DNA from: Acidobacteriota bacterium | GTDB taxonomy: Bacteria > Acidobacteriota > Vicinamibacteria > Vicinamibacterales > JAFNAJ01 | DNA length: 64,000 nt | NCBI GenBank assembly: GCA_023384575.1 | Contig: JAHDVP010000029.1 | Coordinates: 4,900 to 68,899 of the forward strand | Reading direction: 5' to 3' | Shown: positions 44,810 to 53,453 of the stretch, piece after piece | Position numbering within the stretch: position 1 is the first letter of the stretch | Layout: the number at the start of each line of letters is the position of its first letter | Position numbers and translations under genes: made by a program | Notes under the pieces: generated by a model | Databases searched by the model: none | The model's input: the letters and a program-made list of their open reading frames with translations, nothing else | Told to the model about the DNA's origin: nothing

Positions 44810-46216
44810 ATGTCTCTGTTCGGCATGCTCTCCGCGGCGGCGCGCTCGCTCGACACGCATCGATTCGGCCTCGACGTCGTCGGCCAGAACATCGCCAACG
44901 TCAACACCCAGGGGTACACCAGGCGGGTCGCGTTACTGGCCGACGTGCCGCCGCCCGACCGGTACAGTGCCGGTCGCGGCGTCGAGGTGACCGGGTTGCG
45001 GGCCCTGCGCGACCGCTTCATCGAACAGCGCCTCAGGGCCGAGGTGCCAGCCGAGCAGCGCGAGGCGGCGGTTGCCGCGTCGCTCAGTGTCGTCGAGGTG
45101 GCGCTCGGGGCCCCTGGCCGCTCGATCGACAAGAACCTCAACGACTTCTTCGACGGCTTCGCGCGCCTGGCCGAGGCGCCGACGTCGGCGACGGCTCGCC
45201 AGGAGGTCGTGCTCCAGGGGCAGACGCTCGCGGCGGCCTTTCGCGACATGGCGGCCCGCCTCGAGGCCTCGCAGCGCGATACCGACACGCGCGTGCGCGC
45301 CTCCGTCGACCAGATCAACGATCTCGCGACGCGCATCGCCCGGCTGAACGCCTCGTTGTCGGGCGTGCCGCCCGGCAGCGGCGAAGCGCTCCACCTGCGC
45401 GACCAGGTGAACCTCGCGGTGCAGGACCTGAGCCGTCTCGTCGAGGTCGAGGCCATCGAGCGGCCGGACGGGGGATGGGACGTGTCGGTGGCCAGCGGCA
45501 AGCCGCTCGTCATCGGCGAGAACGCCTACCACCTGTCGGTGTCGACCGACCCGGCGACCGGGTTCGCGGGCGTTCTCGCGGTGGACGGTGCAGACATCAC
45601 GGCGCAGGTCCGTACCGGAGCGCTCGGCGGCTACCTCCACGTGCGTGACGGGCTCGTGCCCCAGTATCAGGCGGCGCTCGACGAGCTGGCCTACATCGTG
45701 GCGGAGAGCGTCAACGCCCTGCACGCCGGGGGCTTCGATGTGAACGGTGATCCGGGCGGCGTGTTCTTCACGATCAACGTCACGCCCGTGCCGGGCTTCC
45801 CGCACCGCGGGGCGGCCGCGAGCCTGGCGGTGGACGCCGCGCTCACCGCGCCTGGAGGCGAGTCGCGCGTGGCCGCGTCCGCCACTGGGGAAGTCGGCGA
45901 CAACGAGGTGGCGAGGGCGCTGGCCCGGCTGCGTGAGGAGCCGGTGCTCGGCGGCGGGACGGCGACGTTCAACGACGGCTGGGCGCAGCTCGTGTATCGC
46001 GTCGGGCGCGACACGTCAGCCGCCTTCGACGAGCAGCACATCCGCAGTGAAGTGCTGCGTCAGGTCGAGAACCTGCGTGACGCCGTCTCCGGCGTCTCGC
46101 TCGACGAGGAAGCGGCCGACATGCTCCGGTTCCAGCGCGCGTACGAAGCCAATGCGCGGTTCTTCCGGTCGGTCGACGACACGTTGTCGGTGCTGATGCG
46201 GATGGTCGGCGCCTGA
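44810..46216 (+). CDS. flgK: hook-associated protein 1 FlgK
   Basis: N-terminal LDVVGQNIANVNTQGYTRR; C-terminal VSLDEEAADMLRFQRAYEANARFF. Confidence 0.92.
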   Translation: MSLFGMLSAAARSLDTHRFGLDVVGQNIANVNTQGYTRRVALLADVPPPDRYSAGRGVEVTGLRALRDRFIEQRLRAEVPAEQREAAVAASLSVVEVALGAPGRSIDKNLNDFFDGFARLAEAPTSATARQEVVLQGQTLAAAFRDMAARLEASQRDTDTRVRASVDQINDLATRIARLNASLSGVPPGSGEALHLRDQVNLAVQDLSRLVEVEAIERPDGGWDVSVASGKPLVIGENAYHLSVSTDPATGFAGVLAVDGADITAQVRTGALGGYLHVRDGLVPQYQAALDELAYIVAESVNALHAGGFDVNGDPGGVFFTINVTPVPGFPHRGAAASLAVDAALTAPGGESRVAASATGEVGDNEVARALARLREEPVLGGGTATFNDGWAQLVYRVGRDTSAAFDEQHIRSEVLRQVENLRDAVSGVSLDEEAADMLRFQRAYEANARFFRSVDDTLSVLMRMVGA

Positions 46217-46243
46217 GGCCGGCCGGGTCCGGCACCCCGGGGC

Positions 46244-47131
46244 ATGACGATGCGAGTGACCTTCAACACGGCGTTTCGTAACGGGATCCGCGACATCAAC
46301 CGGGCGGCCGAGGAGATGATCAAGCGCCAGCGCGAGGTGTCGTCGCAGCGCCGGGTCCACGTGCCGAGCGACGACCCCTCGGCGGCGTCGGCGATCGTCG
46401 GCGAACGCAACCAGATGCGTGGCGTCGACCAGTACGTCAGTACGTCCAACTCCGTCGAGTCGCGACTGCGCGTCGTCGATACGATCCTCTCGGATGTCAT
46501 CAAGAACCTCACCGCGGCGCAGACCACGGCCGCGGCCGGCCGCAGCACGGTGCTCAGTGCGACGCAGCGCCAGGCGCTGGCACTCGAGGTGCGCGGCATC
46601 CGCGACGCGCTGCTCGCCGACGTGAACGCCGAGTACGGCGGCAGTCATCTGTTCTCGGGCACGCGCACGACCACCGCGCCCTTCACGCGCGACGGGGCCG
46701 GCACCATCGGACCCTACGCCGGCAACGCCGAGGCGGCGCGGCTCGACATCGATCGTTCGCGCGAGGTGGAGGTCACCTTCGACGGGGGCGCGCTCGTCGG
46801 CGATTTGTTCGATAGCCTCGACACCCTCGCGGCGGCCATCGAGGCGGGCGACATGCCGGCCATCGACGCCGGCATGGAGCGGCTCAACGAGGCGTTCGAC
46901 CGCGCGACCCGCCTCCAGAGTCGCGTCGGGAACACGCTCGGCGATCTCGACGATCATCGCGCCCGGCTCGACCAGATGAAGCGGGCCAGCGACGTCCGGC
47001 GCTCGCAGCTCGAAGACGCGAACCTCGTCGAATCGATCAGCGCCATGCAGCAGGCGGAGACGGCGCATCGCGCCGCGCTCGGGGCCTTCAGCAACGCGGC
47101 GCGCCTGTCGCTCCTCGATTACCTCCGGTGA
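46244..47131 (+). CDS. flgL: hook-associated protein 3 FlgL
   Basis: Flagellin-like N-terminus (RVHVPSDDPSAASAIV) and C-terminus (ISAMQQAETAHRAALGAFSNAARLSLLDYL). Position after flgK. Confidence 0.88.
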   Translation: MTMRVTFNTAFRNGIRDINRAAEEMIKRQREVSSQRRVHVPSDDPSAASAIVGERNQMRGVDQYVSTSNSVESRLRVVDTILSDVIKNLTAAQTTAAAGRSTVLSATQRQALALEVRGIRDALLADVNAEYGGSHLFSGTRTTTAPFTRDGAGTIGPYAGNAEAARLDIDRSREVEVTFDGGALVGDLFDSLDTLAAAIEAGDMPAIDAGMERLNEAFDRATRLQSRVGNTLGDLDDHRARLDQMKRASDVRRSQLEDANLVESISAMQQAETAHRAALGAFSNAARLSLLDYLR

Positions 47132-47589
47132 CGACGACCATGGAGACTTCCTCAACGGCGGCCCCCGATCTGCGCGTGTCGAGCCCCTTTGGCGAGTACG
47201 TGGTGGACCCTCGCGACGTGGTCGCATTTCCCTCGGGCGTCCCGGGATTCGAGACCTGCCGCCGGTTCGTCCTGCTGTCGTCGCCTTCGTTCGCGCCGAT
47301 GCAGCTGCTCCAGTCGGTCGAGGGGCCGGCCGCATCGTTTCTCGTCATCGATCCTCGGCTCGTGCTGCCTCAGTTTCGCGCGGTGGTCGGGCACACCGAC
47401 CTCGCACGGCTCGGCGCCACCGAGACCACGGTGCTGTTGTGGCTCTCGCTCGTGTCGTTCGACTCGTCTGGGCAGGCCTACGCCAACCTGCGGGCGCCGA
47501 TCGTGATCAACCCCGAGCGGATGCTCGGTTACCAGGTGATGCCGCACAACAGCTTGTACCCCATGCGACATCCCCTCGCCTCGGAGTGA
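47128..47589 (+). CDS. fliW: flagellar assembly factor FliW
   Basis: VAFPSGVPGFETCRRFVLL...MQLLQSVEGPAASFLVIDP...NLRAPIVINPERMLGYQVM. Confidence 0.88.
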   Translation: MTTTMETSSTAAPDLRVSSPFGEYVVDPRDVVAFPSGVPGFETCRRFVLLSSPSFAPMQLLQSVEGPAASFLVIDPRLVLPQFRAVVGHTDLARLGATETTVLLWLSLVSFDSSGQAYANLRAPIVINPERMLGYQVMPHNSLYPMRHPLASE

Positions 47590-47598
47590 GGTGCGCCG

Positions 47599-47850
47599 GT
47601 GCTGGTGTTCACCCGCAAGCGCAACGAGACCATCATGATCGGCGATGGGGTCGAGGTCCGCGTCCTGCGCATCGGCCGCGAGGGCGTCCGGCTCGGCGTG
47701 TCGGCGCCGCCCGACGTCCCAGTGCATCGCCGCGAGATCTACGACCAGATTCGTGACGAGAACCGGCGCGCCGTCCCGTCCGCCGATGCGGCCGCCCAGC
47801 TGGCCGAGCGCCTGCGCCGGGCGCCGATGGCGGTCAAGGGCACGGAGTAG
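47599..47850 (+). CDS. csrA: carbon storage regulator / flagellin translational repressor CsrA
   Basis: (M)LVFTRKRNETIMIGDGVEVRVLRIGREGVRLGVSAPPDVPVHRREIY. GTG start; immediately downstream of fliW. Confidence 0.92.
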   Translation: MLVFTRKRNETIMIGDGVEVRVLRIGREGVRLGVSAPPDVPVHRREIYDQIRDENRRAVPSADAAAQLAERLRRAPMAVKGTE

Positions 47851-47854
47851 GTCC

Positions 47855-48856
47855 GTGCCGGTCGTCGACTGGCGCGAAGTCGACCAGGGGCGCATGGCGT
47901 CGCTCTTCGACCGCGAGGCCGCCCGCTGGCGCGAGCGTCTGGACTGGGACTACGCACCGACGCGCCGCATGGCCGACGGCGCGCGCTCGGCCGGTTCGCT
48001 GCCCGGCTTCGTCGCCCTCGACGATCGGTCGGGGAACGTCACCGGCTGGACGTTCTTCCTCGTCCACCGCGGCGCCCTGCAGATCGGGGCGCTGGTCGCG
48101 GAACGGGCGGACGTGGTCCGGTTGCTGCTCGATCGCGTCCTCGACTCGCCCGAAGCTTCCCTCGCCCAGCGTTACCAGGTGTTCGGATTCCCCGTGAGCG
48201 GGAGTCTCGAGGTCGCGCTGCTTCGGCGCCGGTTCGTCGTCGAGCCGTACCACTACCTGGCGAGCGGACTCTCCGGGCTCATGGCCGCCGGTGAGGCGCC
48301 GCTCGACGCGGCGACGGCGGTGAGCACCGACGATCTGCCCCGGGCGGCGCGGCTGCTGGCCCGCGCGTATGCTGGCTCGGCCTCGGCCAGGGTCTTCGCC
48401 CCGGGAGGACGCCTCGACGAGTGGGCCGGATACCTCGGCCAGCTTCGGCACACCGAAGCCTGCGGCCGCTGGATGCCGGAGGCGTGCCTCGCCGTGCGTC
48501 ATCCCCACGACGATCGCCTCACCGCCCTGGTCGTGACCACGCGCATCGCCGAGCGGACCGCGCACATCGCGCAGATCGTGGTCGACCCGCTCGAACGGGC
48601 TCGAGGACTCGGCACGGCGCTCGTGCGTGCCGCGGCGGGCGCAGCCGCACGGGCCGGCACGACCCGTCTCTCACTGCTCGTCGCCAGCCACAACGCGGCG
48701 GCGCGGTCGCTCTACGCCAGACTCGGCTTCGCCGAGCAGGCGACGTTCCTGTTCGCCGACCGTCCTCGTCTGACTCGAGGGGCGGGTCTGCCGCAACTCG
48801 CGAGCGGCGCGACCTCGCCCGCGCCGACCGCCGTGGCGGACGCGGCGCAGGCGTGA
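47855..48856 (+). CDS. GNAT-family N-acetyltransferase (about 333 aa, apparently two-lobed)
   Basis: C-terminal acetyl-CoA motif region IAQIVVDPLERARGLGTALVRAAAGAAARAG...ARSLYARLGF. GTG 47855 lies 4 nt after the csrA stop. ATG 47894 is an alternative start. Confidence 0.7.
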   Translation: MPVVDWREVDQGRMASLFDREAARWRERLDWDYAPTRRMADGARSAGSLPGFVALDDRSGNVTGWTFFLVHRGALQIGALVAERADVVRLLLDRVLDSPEASLAQRYQVFGFPVSGSLEVALLRRRFVVEPYHYLASGLSGLMAAGEAPLDAATAVSTDDLPRAARLLARAYAGSASARVFAPGGRLDEWAGYLGQLRHTEACGRWMPEACLAVRHPHDDRLTALVVTTRIAERTAHIAQIVVDPLERARGLGTALVRAAAGAAARAGTTRLSLLVASHNAAARSLYARLGFAEQATFLFADRPRLTRGAGLPQLASGATSPAPTAVADAAQA

Positions 48857-48953
48857 TGGTGGCGCCGCCGACGTGGCGGCGCGCACCTGACGCCTCGCGC
48901 CGGCCACCAGTCTGGCGGCCGGCGAGCGGGGTACCGAAGCCGAGGTGGGCAGA

Positions 48954-49427
48954 TCAGCCGCGACGGTCCACGAGCTCCGCGCTCGCGGCCGTGTCGCTCG
49001 TGACGCGGCGGTAGGCGGCCAGCGTCGCCTCGCCAGCTTCCAGGTCTTTCGCCAGGTCTCGCTTGGTCCTGGCGTCGAGCTCGAGCTGCGCGAGGGTGCG
49101 GTGGTCGACCTCGGCGATGGCGTCGAGGCGCGTGCGGGCCAGTCGGTGCCGCTCGGCGACCTCGTCGAATCCGTCCACCCGGCGGGCCGCGCCGAGGCAT
49201 TCGTGCAGACGGCCCCTGGCTCTGCCCAGGACCGCTTCTTCCGCATCGATCTCGCCCCAGACCACGGCGCGATCGTGCGTCAGCGCGAGGACGCGATCGA
49301 GGTCGCCGCGCGTGGCGGCGTCGAGCTGGGCGTGCGCCAGCGTCTCGAGACGCTCGAGCGCGTCGAGCTCCCGCTCGACACCGGCTCGATACGCGGCGAG
49401 GAGGCTCGGCAGGTCGCGGTCGGGCAT
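48954..49427 (-). CDS. FliT/FlgN-like helical protein (putative flagellar export chaperone)
   Basis: 157-aa all-helical acidic protein immediately downstream of fliS, the canonical fliT position. Function is inferred from position and composition only. Confidence 0.45.
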   Translation of the reverse strand: MPDRDLPSLLAAYRAGVERELDALERLETLAHAQLDAATRGDLDRVLALTHDRAVVWGEIDAEEAVLGRARGRLHECLGAARRVDGFDEVAERHRLARTRLDAIAEVDHRTLAQLELDARTKRDLAKDLEAGEATLAAYRRVTSDTAASAELVDRRG

Positions 49428-49440
49428 GAACGGCTCCGGC

Positions 49441-49836
49441 CTATCGGAGGTCGGCGCCCTGCTGCGAGGCGAGGCTCGCCCAGGCGTCGCGGAGCGGTCG
49501 GAGGACGCGCAGGCAGTCGTCGAGCGGCGCGGGGGCCAGCGACGTGTTGGCCTGCACGATCTGGTCGACGACGTAGGTGTACAACGAGTCGAGCGAGGCG
49601 GCGACCTCGCCGCCGTCGTCCATCGAGAGCGTGCTCTGCAAGTGGGTCACGATGGCGTAGGCTTTGTCGATCGCGGCGCGCTTGGTCACGAGGTCGCGTG
49701 CGACCATCGCCGCGCGGGCCTGGGCGATCGAGCTGATGGCCCCGTCGTACAGCATGACCACCAGCTCGACTGGCGACCGGGACGTGACCTGGACTTCCTG
49801 GTAGGCCGAGGCGGCTCGAGCCATCGATGCGTGCAT
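49441..49836 (-). CDS. fliS: flagellin-specific chaperone FliS
   Basis: Internal ATG of ORF 49441..50127. AYQEVQVTSRSPVELVVMLYDGAISSIAQA...AIDKAYAIVTHLQSTL...LDSLYTYV. Confidence 0.88.
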   Translation of the reverse strand: MHASMARAASAYQEVQVTSRSPVELVVMLYDGAISSIAQARAAMVARDLVTKRAAIDKAYAIVTHLQSTLSMDDGGEVAASLDSLYTYVVDQIVQANTSLAPAPLDDCLRVLRPLRDAWASLASQQGADLR

Positions 49837-49864
49837 ACGACGTGGACCTCTTTCGCGGCGTCGG

Positions 49865-51190
49865 TCAGAAGAGACGATACGCGCTCCCGAGCGAACCGAG
49901 CGACGACTGTTGCTGGTTGAGCGCGGCGATGGCCTGGTCGGCCGCGATGAACTCGCGCTGCAGCGCCTCCCGCCTGATCGCCAGGCGGTCTTCCATGGCG
50001 CTGATGCGCTTCGAAAGAGCCTGCACCTGGCCGTCGAGGCGCTGCGTGGCGTTCGGCACCAGGCCCCCGGCGCTGGTGTACTGATCGATCGTGCCGACGA
50101 GCGTGCCGAATGCGCCTCCCCGCCCATCGGTGCCGCGGAAGACCTGCTCGACGTCGACGCGGCCGCTGGCGACCGCCGCCTCGAAGCGGGTGGCGTCGAA
50201 CTTCAGCTCGCCCGTGCGGGTCAGCTCGAAGCCCACTTCGGCCAGCGACTCGAAGCGGCCTCCCGCGTAGGCTGTCGTCAGGTCGGTCACGAGCGTTCGC
50301 CGCAGGCCGCGCAACAGGGCATCGCGGCCGAGGTTGTTCGTCTCACCCCGGTTGGCCGCGGCCTGCTGCTCGTTGATGAACTTGTTGGCGTCGTTGAAGG
50401 CCGTGACGAGGCGCTGGATGAGCGTCTTGACCGAGTCGAGGCTCGCCGTGATGGTCAACGTGACCGGGTTGTCCGGGTCCGCCTTCAGCACCGTGAACGA
50501 GGTGCCCGAGATGACCCCGTCGAACACGTTGCTCGAGCTCGTCGCCTCGACGCCGTTGAGCAGGATGCGCGCGTCGGTCGCTTCCTGGGCGTTGGTGGCG
50601 GCAAACGAGAAGCCGCTCGTGCCGGAGTCCACGGCGAAGGCCCCGTCGACGCCGGTGTCGCGCCCGGTCAGCATCACCTGATATCCCGTGGAGTTCCTCA
50701 CCACCGACGCGGTCACGCCGATGCCCTGGGTCCGATTGATCGCTGCCGCGAACTGCTCGAGCGTCACACCCTCGTCCAGCGTGACGTCGACACCGCCGAT
50801 TGTCAGAGTCCCTGGTCCCGCGACGATCGTCGTGTCGCGGTCGGCGTACCCGCCGGCGGACACCGTCACCTGGGCCCGGGCCAGCGTCAGCACCGTGACT
50901 TCGTAGGTGCCCGGCGGGGCAGTCGACCCCGACGCGACGGCCAGTCGGGTCGGGTCTGAGACCGTGGTCTGGGTGCCGTTGAAGGCGTCGAGCCTCGTGA
51001 GGTCGCTCACGGCCGAGCGCAGCGTGCCCAGGCGCGACGCCAGCGTGCTGAAGAGGGTCTTCTGCGACTCGAGCGTCTTCTTCTGGGTCTCGAGCTGGGC
51101 CACCGGCAGGCGTTCCTGCTGCATGATGGCGCTCAGCACGGCGTTGAAGTCGATGTTGTTGAACCCGCTCAGGGTGATTGGCGACCCCAT
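49865..51190 (-). CDS. fliD: flagellar filament cap protein FliD
   Basis: N-terminal ITLSGFNNIDFNAVLSAIMQQERLP; C-terminal RISAMEDRLAIRREALQREFIAADQAIAALNQQ. Confidence 0.92.
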   Translation of the reverse strand: MGSPITLSGFNNIDFNAVLSAIMQQERLPVAQLETQKKTLESQKTLFSTLASRLGTLRSAVSDLTRLDAFNGTQTTVSDPTRLAVASGSTAPPGTYEVTVLTLARAQVTVSAGGYADRDTTIVAGPGTLTIGGVDVTLDEGVTLEQFAAAINRTQGIGVTASVVRNSTGYQVMLTGRDTGVDGAFAVDSGTSGFSFAATNAQEATDARILLNGVEATSSSNVFDGVISGTSFTVLKADPDNPVTLTITASLDSVKTLIQRLVTAFNDANKFINEQQAAANRGETNNLGRDALLRGLRRTLVTDLTTAYAGGRFESLAEVGFELTRTGELKFDATRFEAAVASGRVDVEQVFRGTDGRGGAFGTLVGTIDQYTSAGGLVPNATQRLDGQVQALSKRISAMEDRLAIRREALQREFIAADQAIAALNQQQSSLGSLGSAYRLF

Positions 51191-51431
51191 GGCGTTCCTC
51201 CCCTTACCCTCGGAACCGGCCGGATGGGCGAAGGTTCATGCGTACGCGTCGCCCGGGGAGGGGAGCCGCCCCGCGGGCGACGAAGACGGCGCCGTCGATG
51301 TCGTGAGGCCGACATGCGGACGGCGAAGACACGGCCGCCCGTCCTGGGGGCCGTGCCTCGCGGGTGAAGCTCCCGTGGGCGCGGCACGGGCGCTGGCGCT
51401 CGCCAGGGGTGCTCGTCACGCACGGGAGAAT

Positions 51432-51447
51432 AGCAAACTCCATTCCG
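51432..51447 (-). promoter_or_regulatory. weak candidate sigma-54 promoter upstream of fliD
   Basis: Minus strand reads CGGAAT-GGAGT-TTGCT with correct GG-N10-GC spacing. It lies about 240 nt upstream of the fliD ATG, so the leader would be long. Confidence 0.3.
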
Positions 51448-51468
51448 CTCGATCCGTCGTCAAGTCAA

Positions 51469-51495
51469 CCGATGGACGGCTCCGCCGTCCACCGG
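51469..51495 (-). terminator. terminator hairpin after the downstream flagellin gene
   Basis: Minus strand reads CCGGTGGACGGC-GGA-GCCGTCCATCGG: a 12-bp stem with one G-U pair, followed by TTGACTTG. Confidence 0.5.
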
Positions 51496-51504
51496 TCACG
51501 AGGT

Positions 51505-52311
51505 CTACTGCCTGAGCAGGGCCAGCACCGAGGCCGTCTGCTGGTTGGCCTGGGCCAGGGCGGCGATGCCGCTCTGGTTCAGGATGCTGTACCTGGTCAG
51601 GTTCGCCGACTCCTCGGCGATGTTGGCGTCGCGAATGCGGCTCTCGGCGGCCTTCGTGTTGACGATCTGCGACTGCGCGAGTGAGATGGCATACGAGAGC
51701 CGGTTCTGGATCTGGCCCACCTCGCCCTGCACCGTGCCGAGCGTCGAGATGGCCGTCGCGAGCGTCGTCAGGGCCGCCTGCGCGTTCTCGGCCGTCGTGA
51801 GGTCGCCCGTCAGGCCGAGTCCTGCGGTGGTCACGGCGGTGATGGTGCCCGAGACGATGCCGTTGGCCGCCGTCGCCTCGGAGCTCACGAACACGGAGAA
51901 CCCGCCGCCGGTCGTGAGGCCGGCCACGGCCGCCTCGCGGTCGATCTCGGCGATGACGTCCTGGAACTCATTGTTCAGCGTGTCGCGGCTGCCCGTGAAC
52001 GAGGCCGAGGCGGCCTGCGTCGCGAGCACGGCCATCCGGTCGAGCAGCTTCGAGATGTTGTCGAGGGCGCCGTCCTTGATCTGGAGCGTCGACAGGCCGT
52101 CGTTCGCGTTCCGGATGCCCTGGGTCGTGATGGCCACCTGCGAGCGGTAGGCGTTCGCCACGGCGAGGCCAGCGGCGTCGTCGCCCGAGTTGTTGATGCG
52201 GAAGCCGCTCGAGACGCGGGTCAGCGCCTGGCGCAGCCCGATGTTCGTGGCGTAGAGGTTCGCCTGTGCGTTGACCGATGCGATGTTGGTGACGACAGAA
52301 AAGCTGGCCAT
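51505..52311 (-). CDS. fliC: flagellin (short, 268 aa, D0/D1-only type)
   Basis: N-terminal MASFSVVTNIASVNAQANL...SSGFRINNSGDDAAGLAVAN; C-terminal IRDANIAEESANLTRYSILNQSGIAALAQANQ. Confidence 0.95.
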   Translation of the reverse strand: MASFSVVTNIASVNAQANLYATNIGLRQALTRVSSGFRINNSGDDAAGLAVANAYRSQVAITTQGIRNANDGLSTLQIKDGALDNISKLLDRMAVLATQAASASFTGSRDTLNNEFQDVIAEIDREAAVAGLTTGGGFSVFVSSEATAANGIVSGTITAVTTAGLGLTGDLTTAENAQAALTTLATAISTLGTVQGEVGQIQNRLSYAISLAQSQIVNTKAAESRIRDANIAEESANLTRYSILNQSGIAALAQANQQTASVLALLRQ

Positions 52312-52335
52312 GACTGATCCTCCGTGATTCCCGCC

Positions 52336-52351
52336 CCGGCTTCCCTGCCGG
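52336..52351 (-). promoter_or_regulatory. GGA-loop hairpin in the flagellin leader (candidate CsrA binding site)
   Basis: Minus strand reads CCGGC-AGGGAA-GCCGG, 24 nt upstream of the ATG. A second GGA sits in the SD (ACGGAGGAUCAGUCAUG). The identical hairpin is present in the paralogous leader. Confidence 0.55.
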
Positions 52352-52394
52352 AGACTGGCCGCGACGCCCGGTCGCGGTATCCGTGTCGCAGGGG

Positions 52395-52421
52395 TAATCG
52401 GACACCCCGCGCGGACCTTTA
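52395..52421 (-). promoter_or_regulatory. sigma-28 promoter of the downstream flagellin gene
   Basis: Minus strand reads TAAA-N15-TCCGATTA compared with consensus TAAA-N15-GCCGATAA. Confidence 0.7.
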
Positions 52422-52475
52422 ACCGGGAACACGACGAGCCGCGCCGGCCGCTGTCAGCCGGGCGGGACGAAGGGA

Positions 52476-52503
52476 GGGAGAGGCGTTCCGGAACGCCTCT
52501 CCC
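52476..52503. terminator. palindromic terminator hairpin between the two flagellin genes
   Basis: GGGAGAGGCGTTC-CG-GAACGCCTCTCCC: a perfect 13-bp palindrome. On the minus strand it is followed by TCCCTTCGTCCC. Confidence 0.6.
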
Positions 52504-52532
52504 TCGTGGAGGTCAGTGCGACGGTGTCGCGC

Positions 52533-53336
52533 TTACCGCAGCAGGGCCAGGACCGCGGCCGTCTGCTGGTTGGCCTGGGCCAGGGCCGCGATGCCGCTCT
52601 GGTTCAGGATGCTGAAGCGCGTGAGGTTGGCCGACTCTTCCGCGATGTTCGCGTCGCGGATGCGGCTCTCGGCGGCCTTCGTGTTCACCATCTGCGACTG
52701 CGCGAGCGAGATGGCGTAGGTCAGCCGGTTCTGGATCTGGCCCACCTGGCCCTGGACCTCGCCGAGGCTCTCGATGGCCGTCTTCACCTGGGTGAGCGCC
52801 GTCTGGGCGTTCCCCGAGGACGTGAGGTCACCGGTCAGCCCGAGGGCGGTCGAGGTGACGGCCGAGATGGTGCCGGCAACGACGCCGTCCGACGCGGTCG
52901 CTTCCGAGCTCACGAAGACGGAGAACCCGCCACCGGTTGACAGCTTCGCGACGTTCGCCTCGCGGTCGATCTCGGCGATGACGTCCTGGAACTCGTTGTC
53001 GAGCGTCGTCAGGCTGCCGGTGAACGAGGCCGAGGCCGCCTGGGTGGCCAGCGTCGCCATCCGGTCGAGGAGCTTGGAGATGTTGTCGAGCGCGCCGTCC
53101 TTGATCTGCAGGGTCGACAAGCCGTCGTTGGCGTTGCGCATGCCCTGGTTGATGATCGCGACGTCGGAGCGGTAGCGGTTGGCCACCGCGAGGCCGGCGG
53201 CGTCGTCGCCGGAGCTGTTGATCCGGAAGCCGCTCGACACGCGGGTGAGGGCCGTCCTCAACCCGACGTTGGTCGCGTAGAGGTTGGCCTGCGCATTGCT
53301 TGCTGCAACGTTGGTGACGACTGAGAACGATGCCAT
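52533..53336 (-). CDS. fliC: flagellin (short, 267 aa, paralog of 51505..52311)
   Basis: Same conserved N- and C-termini as the neighbouring flagellin. The two differ mainly in the central Ser/Thr/Ala/Gly-rich segment. Confidence 0.95.
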   Translation of the reverse strand: MASFSVVTNVAASNAQANLYATNVGLRTALTRVSSGFRINSSGDDAAGLAVANRYRSDVAIINQGMRNANDGLSTLQIKDGALDNISKLLDRMATLATQAASASFTGSLTTLDNEFQDVIAEIDREANVAKLSTGGGFSVFVSSEATASDGVVAGTISAVTSTALGLTGDLTSSGNAQTALTQVKTAIESLGEVQGQVGQIQNRLTYAISLAQSQMVNTKAAESRIRDANIAEESANLTRFSILNQSGIAALAQANQQTAAVLALLR

Positions 53337-53364
53337 GACTGTGTCCTCCTTGAGCGTTGCGAGT

Positions 53365-53380
53365 CCGGCTTCCCTGCCGG
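53365..53380 (-). promoter_or_regulatory. GGA-loop hairpin in the flagellin leader (candidate CsrA binding site)
   Basis: Minus strand reads CCGGC-AGGGAA-GCCGG, identical to 52336-52351. The SD region is CAAGGAGGACACAGUCAUG. Confidence 0.55.
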
Positions 53381-53426
53381 CCTCGTGGGGGTGGCTGCAA
53401 CCACCCGTTTGCTCTTGCCACAGGGG

Positions 53427-53453
53427 TAATCGGACATGGCGTCAGGTTCTTTA
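53427..53453 (-). promoter_or_regulatory. sigma-28 promoter of the upstream flagellin gene
   Basis: Minus strand reads TAAA-N15-TCCGATTA, with the same -35/-10 as the other flagellin promoter. Confidence 0.7.
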
